Virus record (IMG/VR): IMGVR_UViG_2870490042_000003
Strand: one strand, 5' to 3'
Length of the DNA stretch: 42,699 nt
From: a virus
Taxonomy: Duplodnaviria; Heunggongvirae; Uroviricota; Caudoviricetes
Numbering within the stretch: the stretch's first letter is position 1; the number at the start of each line of letters is the position of its first letter. Both the position numbers and the translations under genes were made by a program. The notes under the pieces are model-generated. The model saw only the letters and a program-made list of their open reading frames with translations, was not told where the DNA came from and did not search any database. This document shows, piece by piece, positions 1 through 10,540 of the stretch.

Positions 1-327
1 TCATTTTTTCCAGAGGCGGTCGAACTCCGCCTTCGCAAAATAAGCGGAAGCCTGGCGAAGGATATCGTTACTGCGGCGCAGTTCACGATTTTCACGTTCC
101 AGCTCTTTCAGACGCTGACGTTCAGCGGTGGTGAGCCCTCCATCACCGCCCCCGGTATCCCGCTCATGCTGGCGAACCCAGACACGCAGAGTCTCCGGCG
201 TACAGCCAATCTTTGGAGCAATGGAACAAATTGTCGCCCATTGTGAGTCATATTCGCTCTGACTTTCCAGAACCATACGGACTGCCCGTTGACGGACTTC
301 GGGGGAAAAACGAGTATTTTTAGTCAT
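1..327 (-). CDS. IS629 transposase OrfA (HTH protein)
   Basis: 108-aa translation identical to the ORF at 1082-1408; IS3-family OrfA-like. Confidence 0.85.
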   Translation of the reverse strand: MTKNTRFSPEVRQRAVRMVLESQSEYDSQWATICSIAPKIGCTPETLRVWVRQHERDTGGGDGGLTTAERQRLKELERENRELRRSNDILRQASAYFAKAEFDRLWKK

Positions 328-381
328 CCTGTTTACCTCTTTCTCAGGAAGTTTAGTCTCCAGGATTCCCGGGGCGGTTCA
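1..381 (-). mobile_element. IS629 (IS3 family), partial copy in inverted orientation, truncated by the window start
   Basis: Terminal repeat CCCGGGGCGGTTCA ends at 381 and is the reverse complement of the left end of the full copy at 1028; bases 1-327 encode an OrfA identical to that of the full copy. Confidence 0.85.
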
Positions 382-549
382 GTTCGTAGGCCACTCAATA
401 TCAGGTGCAGTTGATGTATCAACACGGTTCAGCAACACCCGATACTTTTTCCAGACTTCCAGCAACAAGGTTTCTTCCTCCGTTGCGATTTCCAGCTCAA
501 CAACAGTCTGAACGTACCGGGAACAGCCTCCTTCAGAGCTTGAAGGATA

Positions 550-1027
550 TTAATGTTCGCTTCCTGTTAACTGCCGGACAAGTGCAACCAGTTCGCTTAC
601 CTGATTTTCCAGAGTGCTGATCCGGGTGCCTGCTGTTGCCAGATTTTGACGTAGCGTTGTGTTTTCCTCTTCCAGCGCGGTAACGCGATCATCTGTTTCA
701 CGGGCGACCTGAACAAGTAAACCCGTCACGGCGGCGTAGTCAACATTAAGATAGCGCGTTTCTTCGCGTAGCTCGTTGCCGTCAACGGTCGGGCCTTGCA
801 ACTCTTCACCGTAATGGATGAATGAACCAACGGCCTCCGGGATGGCCTCTTCAACTTCCTGGGCTATAACCCCGGCGCAATGTGCCCCATTCTCCTTGAG
901 CGTGTACGTGTATCCATTAATTTTGCGGATTGCGTCAGTCGCGTTATCGATAATCTCGATATTTTCTTTCAGTCTGCGGTCTGATGACTGATTCAGTGTG
1001 GTGCAGTTAACACTTCCGTTTACAGTA
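550..1027 (-). pseudogene. Displaced 3' fragment of the side tail fibre gene (C-terminal intramolecular chaperone / peptidase S74-like domain)
   Basis: The - frame is open from the IS629 boundary at 1027 to a stop at 550; translation ...NGSVNCTTLNQSSDRRLKENIEIIDNATDAIRKINGYTYTLKENGAHCAGVIAQEVE... carries the SDxxLKxNI autoproteolysis-type motif; it is in frame with the tail fibre ORF upstream once IS629 and one GTA copy are removed. Confidence 0.7.
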
Positions 1028-1081
1028 TGAACCGCCCCGGGAATCCTGGAGACTAAACTTCCTGAGAAAGAGGTAAACAGG

Positions 1082-1408
1082 ATGACTAAAAATACTCGTT
1101 TTTCCCCCGAAGTCCGTCAACGGGCAGTCCGTATGGTTCTGGAAAGTCAGAGCGAATATGACTCACAATGGGCGACAATTTGTTCCATTGCTCCAAAGAT
1201 TGGCTGTACGCCGGAGACTCTGCGTGTCTGGGTTCGCCAGCATGAGCGGGATACCGGGGGCGGTGATGGAGGGCTCACCACCGCTGAACGTCAGCGTCTG
1301 AAAGAGCTGGAACGTGAAAATCGTGAACTGCGCCGCAGTAACGATATCCTTCGCCAGGCTTCCGCTTATTTTGCGAAGGCGGAGTTCGACCGCCTCTGGA
1401 AAAAATGA
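1082..1408 (+). CDS. IS629 transposase OrfA
   Basis: ATG at 1082 preceded by GAGAAAGAGG; 108 aa; ends in an A6 run (1400-1405, TGGAAAAAATGATG), the likely -1 frameshift site giving OrfAB. Confidence 0.85.
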   Translation: MTKNTRFSPEVRQRAVRMVLESQSEYDSQWATICSIAPKIGCTPETLRVWVRQHERDTGGGDGGLTTAERQRLKELERENRELRRSNDILRQASAYFAKAEFDRLWKK

Positions 1409-2295
1409 TGCCACTGCTGGATAAGCTGCGTGAGCAGTACGGGGTCGGACCGCTATGCAGCGAACTGCATATTGCCCCGTCAACGTATTACCACTGTCAG
1501 CAACAGCGACATCATCCGGATAAACGCAGTGCCCGTGCGCAGCGCGATGACTGGCTGAAGAAAGAGATACAGCGCGTATACGATGAAAATCACAAGGTAT
1601 ACGGTGTGCGTAAAGTCTGGCGTCAGTTGTTACGGGAAGGTATCAGAGTGGCCAGATGCACTGTGGCACGTCTCATGGCGGTTATGGGACTTGCCGGTGT
1701 TCTCCGGGGTAAAAAGGTCCGTACGACCATCAGCCGGAAAGCCGTTGCCGCAGGCGACCGCGTAAACCGTCAGTTCGTGGCAGAACGACCTGACCAGCTG
1801 TGGGTGGCTGATTTTACTTACGTCAGCACATGGCGGGGCTTCGTCTATGTGGCGTTCATCATTGATGTGTTTGCCGGATACATCGTGGGGTGGCGGGTCT
1901 CATCGTCCATGGAAACGACATTCGTGCTGGATGCACTGGAGCAGGCGTTATGGGCCCGTCGACCGTCCGGCACGGTCCATCACAGTGATAAAGGTTCTCA
2001 GTATGTATCGCTGGCCTACACACAGCGGCTTAAGGAAGCCGGATTACTGGCATCAACAGGAAGTACAGGCGACTCGTATGACAACGCGATGGCGGAGAGC
2101 ATCAATGGTCTTTACAAAGCGGAGGTAATACACCGTAAGAGCTGGAAAAACCGTGCAGAAGTGGAACTGGCCACACTCACGTGGGTGGACTGGTATAACA
2201 ATCGACGATTGCTGGAAAGGCTGGGCCATACTCCTCCGGCAGAAGCAGAAAAAGCTTATTATGCTTCCATCGGAAACGATGATCTGGCAGCCTGA
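1405..2295 (+). CDS. IS629 transposase OrfB (DDE integrase-type catalytic domain)
   Basis: 296-aa ORF in -1 frame relative to orfA; IS3-family transposase-like sequence. Confidence 0.85.
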   Translation: MMPLLDKLREQYGVGPLCSELHIAPSTYYHCQQQRHHPDKRSARAQRDDWLKKEIQRVYDENHKVYGVRKVWRQLLREGIRVARCTVARLMAVMGLAGVLRGKKVRTTISRKAVAAGDRVNRQFVAERPDQLWVADFTYVSTWRGFVYVAFIIDVFAGYIVGWRVSSSMETTFVLDALEQALWARRPSGTVHHSDKGSQYVSLAYTQRLKEAGLLASTGSTGDSYDNAMAESINGLYKAEVIHRKSWKNRAEVELATLTWVDWYNNRRLLERLGHTPPAEAEKAYYASIGNDDLAA

Positions 2296-2297
2296 GT

Positions 2298-5200
2298 TCA
2301 CAGATAAAACACTCTCCAGGAAACCCGGGGCGGTTCAGTAAGGTTTTGCCCGTCTGTTGTTTTTTGCGCATAAAACAGATACGCAGCAGACGTTCCAACC
2401 TCAAAAACGTTTTGTCGAGTACTGGAACCCCACACCCTGATACTAACTGGTAGTTCTGAATTACCTGAATTAAGTAAAGCAAAACGATTGCCAGTCCCTG
2501 TTTGTTTTCTAATTACTAAATCGGCAGTTGAGTTAACCTCATCTTTGTTGATGGTTAGCGCCTGCGCTGTAGCACCGTTAACAGTGCCACTTAGTAGTTG
2601 AACCGCTCCATCATCGCCATTTAACAGCACTTGAGCGCTGCTTCTGTGGTTTTTCAGGAACAACATTTTGCCTGTGCTTTCTGATGTGCCTACCGACCAC
2701 GCCGAATTGGTTCCAGTGCTATCAACACCGCGCACAGCACAATTCATACTACTGTAATCTGACGTACTCCCCAGCACATCAACACGCCCGCCGCCTAATT
2801 TTGATGGAGTCGTCGAGGTTAACGACCTGACGGTTACATCCTGATTCCATCCTGAAACAACTACCTGACTCCACTCCGTCCAGTTTCCATTGACAACAAA
2901 GCGAACGTATATGCGTTTTGTGTCGCTGCCAATCAGCGTTTGCATGATCGCATAATCTGAACCCGTAGTTTTACGAGTAGATTCTACACGTAGCAAAAAG
3001 TTACCGCTTACGCCGTCAGGCTTATTGGTAATATATGCACCACCTGCAACAGTTTTGCATTGATAGTATTTAACAGATCCAGCCACTGTATTAGCAATGA
3101 TCAAGTCGTTTAAATCAATAGTCTTGTTGTCAATGGTTTCCGGCTCGATAGATCCCGCCATACCTGCGTTAAATGTGGCAAAGTCAGAAAAGGTTGTTTT
3201 ACCGCCTACCGTCACCCCGCTATCGAGTTTTGCTTGTGTGATTACTTTGCTGTTTTTTGTGTGGTCAGAATAACTACCAAAATACAAATCACCGTCACCA
3301 GCTATACCCAGGTATTTTTGATCAACATCATCAACCTTAAACCCAATGGACAAGTTTTTAATTGTGTTGTTGCTCGTTAAAACCAAAGGCGTATGCTGAG
3401 ATCCTTTGATGCTTACCGTAGTGTTATCGGAACTGGTGCTTGTGTTTGCAAATTCTGCGGTGGCTGCGCTGATTTTGTAAGTTATTTTTAGATTGCGGGC
3501 CTCAACCCTCCCGTCGTGGCGAACAATAAAATCACCACTTGATTCACCTTTTGTGTTTTTCGCCCTGATGTGGATTTCGCCAAGTGATTCGTTGTTTTCA
3601 GGCGACCAAACAACGCCGCGCTCGCTTCCGTCGTTGTTCATGAACCACAGATGAGCGGTTCCTTTTGCTGATTTTAGCCTGATAGATGGCGTTTCTTTCA
3701 ATATATCAAGATCACCAGACATAACATCGCCGGATTTTTTCACCTGCGCATCGTTAGTTACGTTGCCAAGTCCAACATCCGATTTCGACGGCTTGTTTGC
3801 CGAGCCGTATAGCTCATTGATGCTAAAAGTCCCGTTGTTAAGCCGGGCATCGTTGCCGGCATAGATCTTAATCTTCGCGGTTGAGTAGTCGATATTGATC
3901 GCTGACCACGTATCGCCGCACCGCGAGAATATACCAGAACCGTGGCTATAAATGGTCGCCGTGCTTCCGGTCGGCTTATCACCGCGCCAGAAATGACCAC
4001 CTTTGTCACGCAGAGCTTTTAAGATCTCTACATCGCTCATCTTGCCGTTTGTTGATATCCCGCTACCGCCAAGACCGAAAGCGCCTGTAAGCATAGCATT
4101 AGAAAGACCCAAATCTGCTTTAGTCGGCTTGTTTAACTGGTCGTAAATCCTTACAACGGGGCTTTCAACATATCCAGAAGGCGCGGCGGTTTGCTTAACA
4201 AATCCGTCTGGAATGTATAATTCCGGGCGTGCCGTCTGCGCCAGCACCGCAACCTTTGCGCCGTTGATAAATGCGCGCTGGAAGGCCCAAACCTCAATAA
4301 AGCCGTCACCTTTAACCAGGCCGTAACGCATCTGGTTGTTATCGGTCAGCCCGGTTGACCCTAAGCGGCGTATACTCAGATGACGAGAAACATTATCCGC
4401 ACTAAGCAAAGAAGGCAGACCGCGCGCCGAGATCTCGATAAAGTCAATGTTTCCGTAAGGGGAGCCGTAGTTACCGGCATTAGTAACCATTAGCGTTACA
4501 TGGCAATTGCCGCTTCCGGGATCGGAAAGTTTCGCGATCTTTATGTAAAAAGACTCATTACCAGTAACAACGGGCCAATCGTATTGCGTCATCGGGCTGA
4601 CGAGTCCCCCGACCTTGTCGAGATATTCTTTCGCCTTGTTCTCTGACGCTTTAGCGTTGGTTTCGCTGACCTTTGCTGCTGCCTCACTATTTTTCGCGTT
4701 GGTTTCTGATTTTTTGGCTGCTGTCGCGGAGTTTGCCGATGCAGTTTGTGAGTCTGCTGCCGCCTGTGCGCTGTTATCCGCATTCGTCTCAGACGTTTTT
4801 GCGGCCTTCGCGGAATTTCCTGCTGCCGTTGCCGAGGAAGCTGCACTGCCGGCGCTCGAGGCAGCGCTCGTTTCTGATGATTTTGCCGCCACTTTTGAAG
4901 CCGACGCATCCCGGGCTGAGGTGGCAGCTTCTGACGCTTTCGTGGTCGCGGTGGATGCAGATGTGGCCGCAGATTTTTGTGATGCTGCGGCATTCATTTC
5001 CGACGTTTTCGCTGCACCGGCACTGGTGGCTGCCGCGCTTTTTGAAGACTCTGCGGCGGCAGCACTTTTTGATGCTTCAGTGGCCTTTGTTGATGCCGTT
5101 CCTGCGCTGGAAGACGCTGACTGAGCCGACGACGCGGCCTGTCCGGCTGACGTGCTGGCTGCACGTGCTGAGCCTGCAGCATCAGTCGCACGGGTTGCCG

Positions 5201-5621
5201 CCTCACGGGCTGATGTGCTGGCATCGCTGGCTGACTTCTTCGCGGCTGCCGTGTTCTGTGCCACCGCGGACGCGTTACGCGCCACCTCTTCCACCATCAG
5301 TTCAAAACGGCGCAGTGCCTCAGGACGGGCATCATCCTCCGTCATGGCACCGAGAAAATCATTCAGCGTACCGGGTCGGGAATCTTCATACACGGTGATG
5401 GTCCCGGCATGTGACGGCGGGAATCCTTCCACCAACAGAATAACGCTGTACTGACCGTACTCAACGTCCATGCTGTAACGCCCGGCTTCATCCGGATTTT
5501 CTGAGGCCAGCGTGTTCACCACCACCGTGGTACTGTTACGTTTTGCTTTCAGCTGGATTGTGCAGTTCTGTACCGGTTTTCCTGTGCCGTCTTTCAGTAC
5601 ACCTGAAATCTTTACTGCCAT
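2298..5621 (-). CDS. stf: Side tail fibre protein (lambda Stf-like N-terminus, Ala/Ser-rich central repeats); 3' end interrupted by IS629, last 13 codons and stop are IS-derived
   Basis: ATG at 5621 (the track's M1 is GTG at 5627); N-terminus MAVKISGVLKDGTGKPVQNCTIQLKA matches lambda Stf from memory; the ORF runs 40 bp into the IS629 right end. Confidence 0.8.
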   Translation of the reverse strand: MAVKISGVLKDGTGKPVQNCTIQLKAKRNSTTVVVNTLASENPDEAGRYSMDVEYGQYSVILLVEGFPPSHAGTITVYEDSRPGTLNDFLGAMTEDDARPEALRRFELMVEEVARNASAVAQNTAAAKKSASDASTSAREAATRATDAAGSARAASTSAGQAASSAQSASSSAGTASTKATEASKSAAAAESSKSAAATSAGAAKTSEMNAAASQKSAATSASTATTKASEAATSARDASASKVAAKSSETSAASSAGSAASSATAAGNSAKAAKTSETNADNSAQAAADSQTASANSATAAKKSETNAKNSEAAAKVSETNAKASENKAKEYLDKVGGLVSPMTQYDWPVVTGNESFYIKIAKLSDPGSGNCHVTLMVTNAGNYGSPYGNIDFIEISARGLPSLLSADNVSRHLSIRRLGSTGLTDNNQMRYGLVKGDGFIEVWAFQRAFINGAKVAVLAQTARPELYIPDGFVKQTAAPSGYVESPVVRIYDQLNKPTKADLGLSNAMLTGAFGLGGSGISTNGKMSDVEILKALRDKGGHFWRGDKPTGSTATIYSHGSGIFSRCGDTWSAINIDYSTAKIKIYAGNDARLNNGTFSINELYGSANKPSKSDVGLGNVTNDAQVKKSGDVMSGDLDILKETPSIRLKSAKGTAHLWFMNNDGSERGVVWSPENNESLGEIHIRAKNTKGESSGDFIVRHDGRVEARNLKITYKISAATAEFANTSTSSDNTTVSIKGSQHTPLVLTSNNTIKNLSIGFKVDDVDQKYLGIAGDGDLYFGSYSDHTKNSKVITQAKLDSGVTVGGKTTFSDFATFNAGMAGSIEPETIDNKTIDLNDLIIANTVAGSVKYYQCKTVAGGAYITNKPDGVSGNFLLRVESTRKTTGSDYAIMQTLIGSDTKRIYVRFVVNGNWTEWSQVVVSGWNQDVTVRSLTSTTPSKLGGGRVDVLGSTSDYSSMNCAVRGVDSTGTNSAWSVGTSESTGKMLFLKNHRSSAQVLLNGDDGAVQLLSGTVNGATAQALTINKDEVNSTADLVIRKQTGTGNRFALLNSGNSELPVSIRVWGSSTRQNVFEVGTSAAYLFYAQKTTDGQNLTEPPRVSWRVFYL

Positions 5622-5630
5622 ATTCACCCC

Positions 5631-5659
5631 ACAAAAAAGCCCGCCTGAACCGGCGGGCT
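5631..5659 (-). terminator. Intrinsic terminator-like hairpin between lom and stf
   Basis: On the - strand AGCCCGCC-GGTTCA-GGCGGGCT followed by TTTTTT, then the stf SD and start. Confidence 0.5.
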
Positions 5660-5685
5660 GTCATAACACTGTGTTACCTGGCTAA

Positions 5686-6285
5686 TCAGAATTTATAACC
5701 GACACCCACGATGAAACCGTCAGTGCGCCAGTCGCCACTGCCGGAACCTTCATAAGCGACATCAACGGCCACGGATTCGGTCGGGTTAAACTGCACGCCA
5801 GCCCCCCACGCCAGAGACGTGTTGCTGTGGCGACCGTCATCACTTCCGGTCAGCACGTCGTGCGTTTTCCCCTTGTTGTCAGTTACGCGGAGATAATCCC
5901 CGGAGAAAGTCGACACACGGCTGTAAGCCATACCCGCCATCGCATACGCGCTGAACCATTCATTCACGCGCACAGACGGCCCCGCCATCACGCTGAACCA
6001 GCGGTTACGCACGGAATCTTCATGCCAGCGGGTATCGCTGTAATGCGTTTTTTGCTCATCTTTGGCATTGGCATAACTGAATGACGTCACCAGCCCCAGC
6101 GTGTCCGTAAATTCATAACGGTATTTCACGTTAATCCCGTTCAGATTATCGCTGCCGGGGACGTTCGTACGGGCATGAAGATACCCTGCGCTCAGTGTGG
6201 ACTGGTGTTCAGACGCCCATGCAGGCGTACCTGATACGGCCAGACAGATGGCTGCGGACAAAATAGCTGCATAAACTTTACGCAT
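5686..6285 (-). CDS. lom: Lom outer membrane protein (Ail/Lom family beta-barrel)
   Basis: 199 aa; N-terminal signal peptide; C-terminus ...YEGSGSGDWRTDGFIVGVGYKF as in lambda Lom. Confidence 0.85.
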   Translation of the reverse strand: MRKVYAAILSAAICLAVSGTPAWASEHQSTLSAGYLHARTNVPGSDNLNGINVKYRYEFTDTLGLVTSFSYANAKDEQKTHYSDTRWHEDSVRNRWFSVMAGPSVRVNEWFSAYAMAGMAYSRVSTFSGDYLRVTDNKGKTHDVLTGSDDGRHSNTSLAWGAGVQFNPTESVAVDVAYEGSGSGDWRTDGFIVGVGYKF

Positions 6286-6308
6286 AATTACCTCTCGCTT
6301 TTCTGCAA

Positions 6309-6334
6309 TAAAAAAGGCGCCATTTCTGGCGCCC
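6309..6334 (-). terminator. Intrinsic terminator-like hairpin between J and lom
   Basis: - strand GGCGCC-AGAAAT-GGCGCC followed by TTTTTT, then GAGAGG and the lom ATG. Confidence 0.5.
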
Positions 6335-6352
6335 GTATCTGGGTTATAAAAT

Positions 6353-9300
6353 TCAGCTAATCGTGATGCCTGCAGTGGCTTTCTTCATCACCACAACCAG
6401 CAAATCGCTGATACTGGCTGTGGGATACCAGTTATTTACCAGCCATGCTGACACCGAAAACTCCAGTGTCATGTGACCGTGACCGGCAGGCATATCAATA
6501 ACACCACTGTAAATCAGCGTATTATCCAGCGCGGTACGGTTATAAATTTCAGCACCGTTTTTCCGTACTATCAGGCGGCATGACGAATAAATATCGTTAT
6601 TCTCCCGCTCATGTTTAGCGCCGCTGAATGCCACCGCCGGAATAACAATCTGCCGGTCAAACGGCTGATCGTCATAAACCCTGACGGTGATGGTCCCTGA
6701 TGGCCACCGTTCCGGTGCACGGGAGTCCCGGGGGAAAGCTTTGCCCACTGTTTTAACGAGATCGCCTTCAATCTGGTTGGCGGACAGTTTTCCCAGAACC
6801 CGACAGTTCTCGTTAATCGTGACGTTGTTGAGCGTCCCGGCGTTCGCATTCACGTTACCGCTGATATCGGCATTTTTCGCCGTCAGCCGCCCGTCCGGTG
6901 TCAGGGAAAATACCGGAGGATTACCGCCGCTGGTAATGGTGGGAGCCGTCAGGCGTTTCAGGAACACTTCGTTCATGAATATCTGATCGCCCTGCCCAAC
7001 AAACATCGGCTTTGTGTTGCCATTCGCAGGATTAATCATCGCAATCCTGTCTGCCGCCAGCAGCACCTGACTCTGCATGCCGTCAGGGGTGTTCTCAATA
7101 CCGGCACCAATACCCGCGATATAAAGGCGTCCGTCCTGCATCTGCTGCAGCTTCACAGCCCACATGCTGTTCAGGTTATTATTTGTATCAACCTGAACCT
7201 TCTGTATCTGCTGAATTGCCGCACTCTGGTCTTCCAGTTTCTTATTGACGGTCTGCGTGATTTCATTGCTGACATCCGTAATGGACGTCCTGATTTCAGC
7301 CAGGTCAGGCGCAAGCTGACCGTTATCAATCTGCGTCCACAGCTCCTGAGCCAGATGGGTTTTCCCTATCTCGCCTTTGAAAAAATCCAGATAACCGGAT
7401 GCATCATCACTCGGCTGACCAACAGCCTCCACGAATGCCGATTTGCCAACGGTGTTCACACTGCGGATATAAAAGTAATAATCATGGCCCGGTTTGATAT
7501 TGATACTGGCGGCTATCCAGTACAGCGCCGTGCCAAGATAGCGTGCTGTGGTTTCAACCTGCCTGATATCGGTAATCCGCTTTTCCGAGAACCAGAACTC
7601 AAACTGTACCGTCGGATCATAAACCGCAAGATGCGGCGTGGCGGTTATCTGAAAATAGCCCGGCGTCAGCTCAATCCGCGACGGCGCTGCCGGTGCGGCA
7701 ATCCGGAACGATACCGACGCCGGATCGCCCTGCTGCCCCCACGCATTTACTGCCCGGACTGTCAGCCTGTAGTTCCCCAGCGCCAGTTGTGTGAAGCGGT
7801 AAGTGGTTTCCGTCGTCCGGGCCGTGCTGACCAGCCACTCACTGCCGTCATCCGCTGTTACGGTCAGACGGAGCAGGAAGCTCACGCCCTTCACCACCTT
7901 CGGCGTGTCCCAGCGCGCCAGCACCTGATATTCCCCGCTGTCTGCGGTGACTTCGGCAGTCAGGTGCTGCACCGCTGGCGGCGTGACACCATTCACCGTG
8001 CCGCTCTGGTCGCCGTCAAAGTGCGCCCCGTTATCCACGATGGCTTCTTTTTCCGGTACATGCTGCACGGCGGTGATGGCATACGTGCCGTCATCGTTCT
8101 CACGGATACTCACACAGCGGAACAGGCGCTGGCGCAGCGTCGGCAACTTCAGCCCCCACACGCTGTATTCTGCAACACCATCAGGAACCCGGCTCACTTT
8201 CACCTTCACGCCGTCGGTGACGGACTGGACCTCCACGCTGACCGGATTACCCTGACCGTCAACCAGGCTTATCAGCGTGGTACCGGAGGATGGCAGCGTG
8301 ATTTCACGGTCGAGCGTCAGCGTCCGGGTCTGGCTGTTCACCGCCAGCACGCGCCCGCCGGTGCTGATACCCGCATAGTCATCATCGCAGATTTCAATGA
8401 CATCCCCCGGTACATGGCGAAGCCCTTCCGCACCCACGCTGAAGTCCACGGTCTGCGTTTCCAGCAGTTCCGTTTTAATCAGCCACAGCCCGGCGCGGTG
8501 CGCCTGCCCCCGGCTGGTACAGCCAAAGGCATCCATCTTCGTGACGTTACGACCGTAACGGGCAATGGCCTGCGTATCTTCAACAAGCTCTGTCGCCGTC
8601 TCCCAGCCGTTGTCCGGGTCAATCCAGTTCACCTCAACGGCATTATGGCGGTCTTTCAGGGCGCTGAAGCTGTAGCGGAACGGCGCGCCATCATCCGGCA
8701 TCACCACATTACTGCGGTTATAGGTCCACACCTTATCTGATGGTCGGTCCTGCACGAACGTCAGCGTCTGCCCGTTCCATACCGGCATACAGCGCATCGC
8801 CGAGCAGAAATCACTGAGCACATCCCACGCCTTGCGCTGTGTGGTCAGGTACGCATTACAGGTGATGCGCGGCTCCGTGCCGCCAAAGCCGTCCGGCACC
8901 GACTGGTCGCAGTACTGGCCGATGACATACAGCGCCCATTTATCCACATCCGCCGCACCAAGACGTTTCCCCATGCCGTAGCGCGGATGGGTCAGCATAT
9001 CCCACAGACACCAGGCCATGTTGTTGCTGTATGCCGGTTTAAACGTTCCGTCCCAGATACCGCTGTATTGCCGCGTCTGCGGGTTATAGTTCGACGGCAC
9101 CTGCAGAATGCGCCCGCGCAGATGATAATTACGGCTCACCTGCTGGCTGCCGAACTGCTCCGAATCCACCTGTACGCCGACCAGTGCCGTGTTCGGGTAG
9201 CACTGTTTCACATCGATGATTTCGGTGTATGACGACCAGAGCGTTTTGTTCTGCAGCTGGTCTGTGGTGCTGTCCGGCGTCATCCTGCGCATCCGGATAT

Positions 9301-9832
9301 TAAACGGGCGCGGCGGCAGGTTATCCACCACCACCGAGGCCAGATACTGCGAGGTGGTTTTGCCCTTAATGGTGATGTCTTTTTCCGTCACCCAGCCACC
9401 ATTACGCTGTATCTGAACCAGCAGGCGAACTTCCGACGGATTCCGGTCCCCCTTTGAGGTGGTTTCCACCAGTGCCTGCACACCGAAGGTAAAGCGCAGA
9501 CGGTCGATGTTTGCAGACGTGATGGTGCGGGTGATCGGCGTGTCATATTTCACTTCCGTACCCAGCACCGTCTCGGAGCCGGAGGATTCAAACCCCTCCG
9601 GCGGTGTCTGCTCCTGCTCACCGGCACGGAACACCACCGTGACACCGGAGATGTTGGTATTCCCCTCAGTGTCCAGCACCGGCGTACTGTTCAGCAGCAC
9701 GCTTTTTAATCCATCCACCGGACCTTCAACCGGCCCTTCACTGATGGCGTCTATCACGCTCAGCATCTGGGATGATTTCAGGTTGTCCTTCGCTTCGCGC
9801 GGGGTATGCCCCTTACTGCTGCCTTTACCCAT
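6353..9832 (-). CDS. J: Tail tip / host specificity protein J
   Basis: 1159 aa; lambda J-like sequence throughout; ATG at 9832. Confidence 0.9.
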   Translation of the reverse strand: MGKGSSKGHTPREAKDNLKSSQMLSVIDAISEGPVEGPVDGLKSVLLNSTPVLDTEGNTNISGVTVVFRAGEQEQTPPEGFESSGSETVLGTEVKYDTPITRTITSANIDRLRFTFGVQALVETTSKGDRNPSEVRLLVQIQRNGGWVTEKDITIKGKTTSQYLASVVVDNLPPRPFNIRMRRMTPDSTTDQLQNKTLWSSYTEIIDVKQCYPNTALVGVQVDSEQFGSQQVSRNYHLRGRILQVPSNYNPQTRQYSGIWDGTFKPAYSNNMAWCLWDMLTHPRYGMGKRLGAADVDKWALYVIGQYCDQSVPDGFGGTEPRITCNAYLTTQRKAWDVLSDFCSAMRCMPVWNGQTLTFVQDRPSDKVWTYNRSNVVMPDDGAPFRYSFSALKDRHNAVEVNWIDPDNGWETATELVEDTQAIARYGRNVTKMDAFGCTSRGQAHRAGLWLIKTELLETQTVDFSVGAEGLRHVPGDVIEICDDDYAGISTGGRVLAVNSQTRTLTLDREITLPSSGTTLISLVDGQGNPVSVEVQSVTDGVKVKVSRVPDGVAEYSVWGLKLPTLRQRLFRCVSIRENDDGTYAITAVQHVPEKEAIVDNGAHFDGDQSGTVNGVTPPAVQHLTAEVTADSGEYQVLARWDTPKVVKGVSFLLRLTVTADDGSEWLVSTARTTETTYRFTQLALGNYRLTVRAVNAWGQQGDPASVSFRIAAPAAPSRIELTPGYFQITATPHLAVYDPTVQFEFWFSEKRITDIRQVETTARYLGTALYWIAASINIKPGHDYYFYIRSVNTVGKSAFVEAVGQPSDDASGYLDFFKGEIGKTHLAQELWTQIDNGQLAPDLAEIRTSITDVSNEITQTVNKKLEDQSAAIQQIQKVQVDTNNNLNSMWAVKLQQMQDGRLYIAGIGAGIENTPDGMQSQVLLAADRIAMINPANGNTKPMFVGQGDQIFMNEVFLKRLTAPTITSGGNPPVFSLTPDGRLTAKNADISGNVNANAGTLNNVTINENCRVLGKLSANQIEGDLVKTVGKAFPRDSRAPERWPSGTITVRVYDDQPFDRQIVIPAVAFSGAKHERENNDIYSSCRLIVRKNGAEIYNRTALDNTLIYSGVIDMPAGHGHMTLEFSVSAWLVNNWYPTASISDLLVVVMKKATAGITIS

Positions 9833-9850
9833 TCCTCACGCTCCAGAAAC

Positions 9851-9874
9851 GACAAAACCGCCCTGAGGCGGTTT
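9851..9874 (-). terminator. Terminator-like hairpin between I and J
   Basis: - strand AAACCGCC-TCAG-GGCGGTTT followed by TGTCGTTT and the J SD. Confidence 0.4.
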
Positions 9875-9892
9875 CACATAAAACGTTTTGCA

Positions 9893-10540
9893 TCAGCGAC
9901 CAATCACCACAACCTGACCACCGTCCCCTTCGTCTGCCGTGCTGATCTCCTGAGAAGCCACCCGCGACCCCACGCGCATTTCACCGTACAGAACGGGCAG
10001 AACATTGCCCTGGGCAACCATGTTATCCAGTGAGGAGAAATAGGTGTTCTGCTTACCGTTATCCGTTGTCTGTGTACGGGGAGTTCTGGCTTTCGGTGCC
10101 AGCATCTGCGCCACACCGCCAAGGATCATACTGGCCCCCGCAGCATACATGCCCGATACAGCCGCAGCTCCCAGCCAGCCCACAGGGTTCCACCACGCCA
10201 CTGCAATCAGCGCCGCACCCAGCACCGCCTGAAACACACCGCCACTTTTTGCTCCCGCAAGACGCGGAACGATGTGGATCACGGCACCATTTTTCAGCGG
10301 CTCATTAAGACGGGCTGATAATTCGTTTTCGCCTGCATCACGCCCGGCAATGCGCACCTGATACCAGCCATCGCTCAGTTTCTGACGAAACGCCGGGATC
10401 TGCATGGCCAGCGCCCGGATGGCTTCGGCCCCCGTTTTCACACGAAGGTCGATGCGGCGGCCAAATCGTTGCAAATCCCCGTAAAGGCAGATACGTGCCA
10501 TGCCCGGTGACGCCAGAGGGAGTGTGTGCGTCGCTGCCAT
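9893..10540 (-). CDS. I: Tail assembly protein I
   Basis: 215 aa beginning MAATHTLPLASPGMARICLYGDLQRFGRR, lambda I-like; overlaps K by 103 bp. Confidence 0.85.
   Translation of the reverse strand: MAATHTLPLASPGMARICLYGDLQRFGRRIDLRVKTGAEAIRALAMQIPAFRQKLSDGWYQVRIAGRDAGENELSARLNEPLKNGAVIHIVPRLAGAKSGGVFQAVLGAALIAVAWWNPVGWLGAAAVSGMYAAGASMILGGVAQMLAPKARTPRTQTTDNGKQNTYFSSLDNMVAQGNVLPVLYGEMRVGSRVASQEISTADEGDGGQVVVIGR

Larger units (their letters stand above)
1028..2337 (+). mobile_element. IS629 (IS3 family), complete 1310-bp copy with 3-bp target duplication GTA
   Basis: Perfect terminal inverted repeats TGAACCGCCCCGGG (1028-1041) and CCCGGGGCGGTTCA (2324-2337); GTA at 1025-1027 and 2338-2340; orfA and orfB in -1 frame relationship. 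Confidence 0.9.

Noticed and set aside
405-620. 71-aa + strand ORF between the two IS629 copies
   Set aside because: Overlaps the antisense tail fibre 3' fragment and has no ribosome-binding site; most likely non-coding
1163-1483. 106-aa - strand ORF inside IS629
   Set aside because: Antisense to the IS629 orfA/orfB genes; likely spurious
4589-5454. Several long overlapping ORFs on both strands (4589-4993 -, 4615-5124 +, 4673-5398 +, 4994-5224 -, 5152-5454 +)
   Set aside because: They lie inside the tail fibre gene's GC-rich Ala/Ser repeat tract; their translations are low-complexity Arg/Pro/Ala strings typical of off-frame reading
7355-8740. 461-aa + strand ORF
   Set aside because: Antisense to the well-supported J gene; Arg-rich composition typical of reverse-frame translation of GC-rich coding DNA; no ribosome-binding site
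9893-10540. 103-bp overlap of K and I considered as a frameshift or pseudogene signal
   Set aside because: The same overlap exists in lambda as I recall it, and both reading frames are intact
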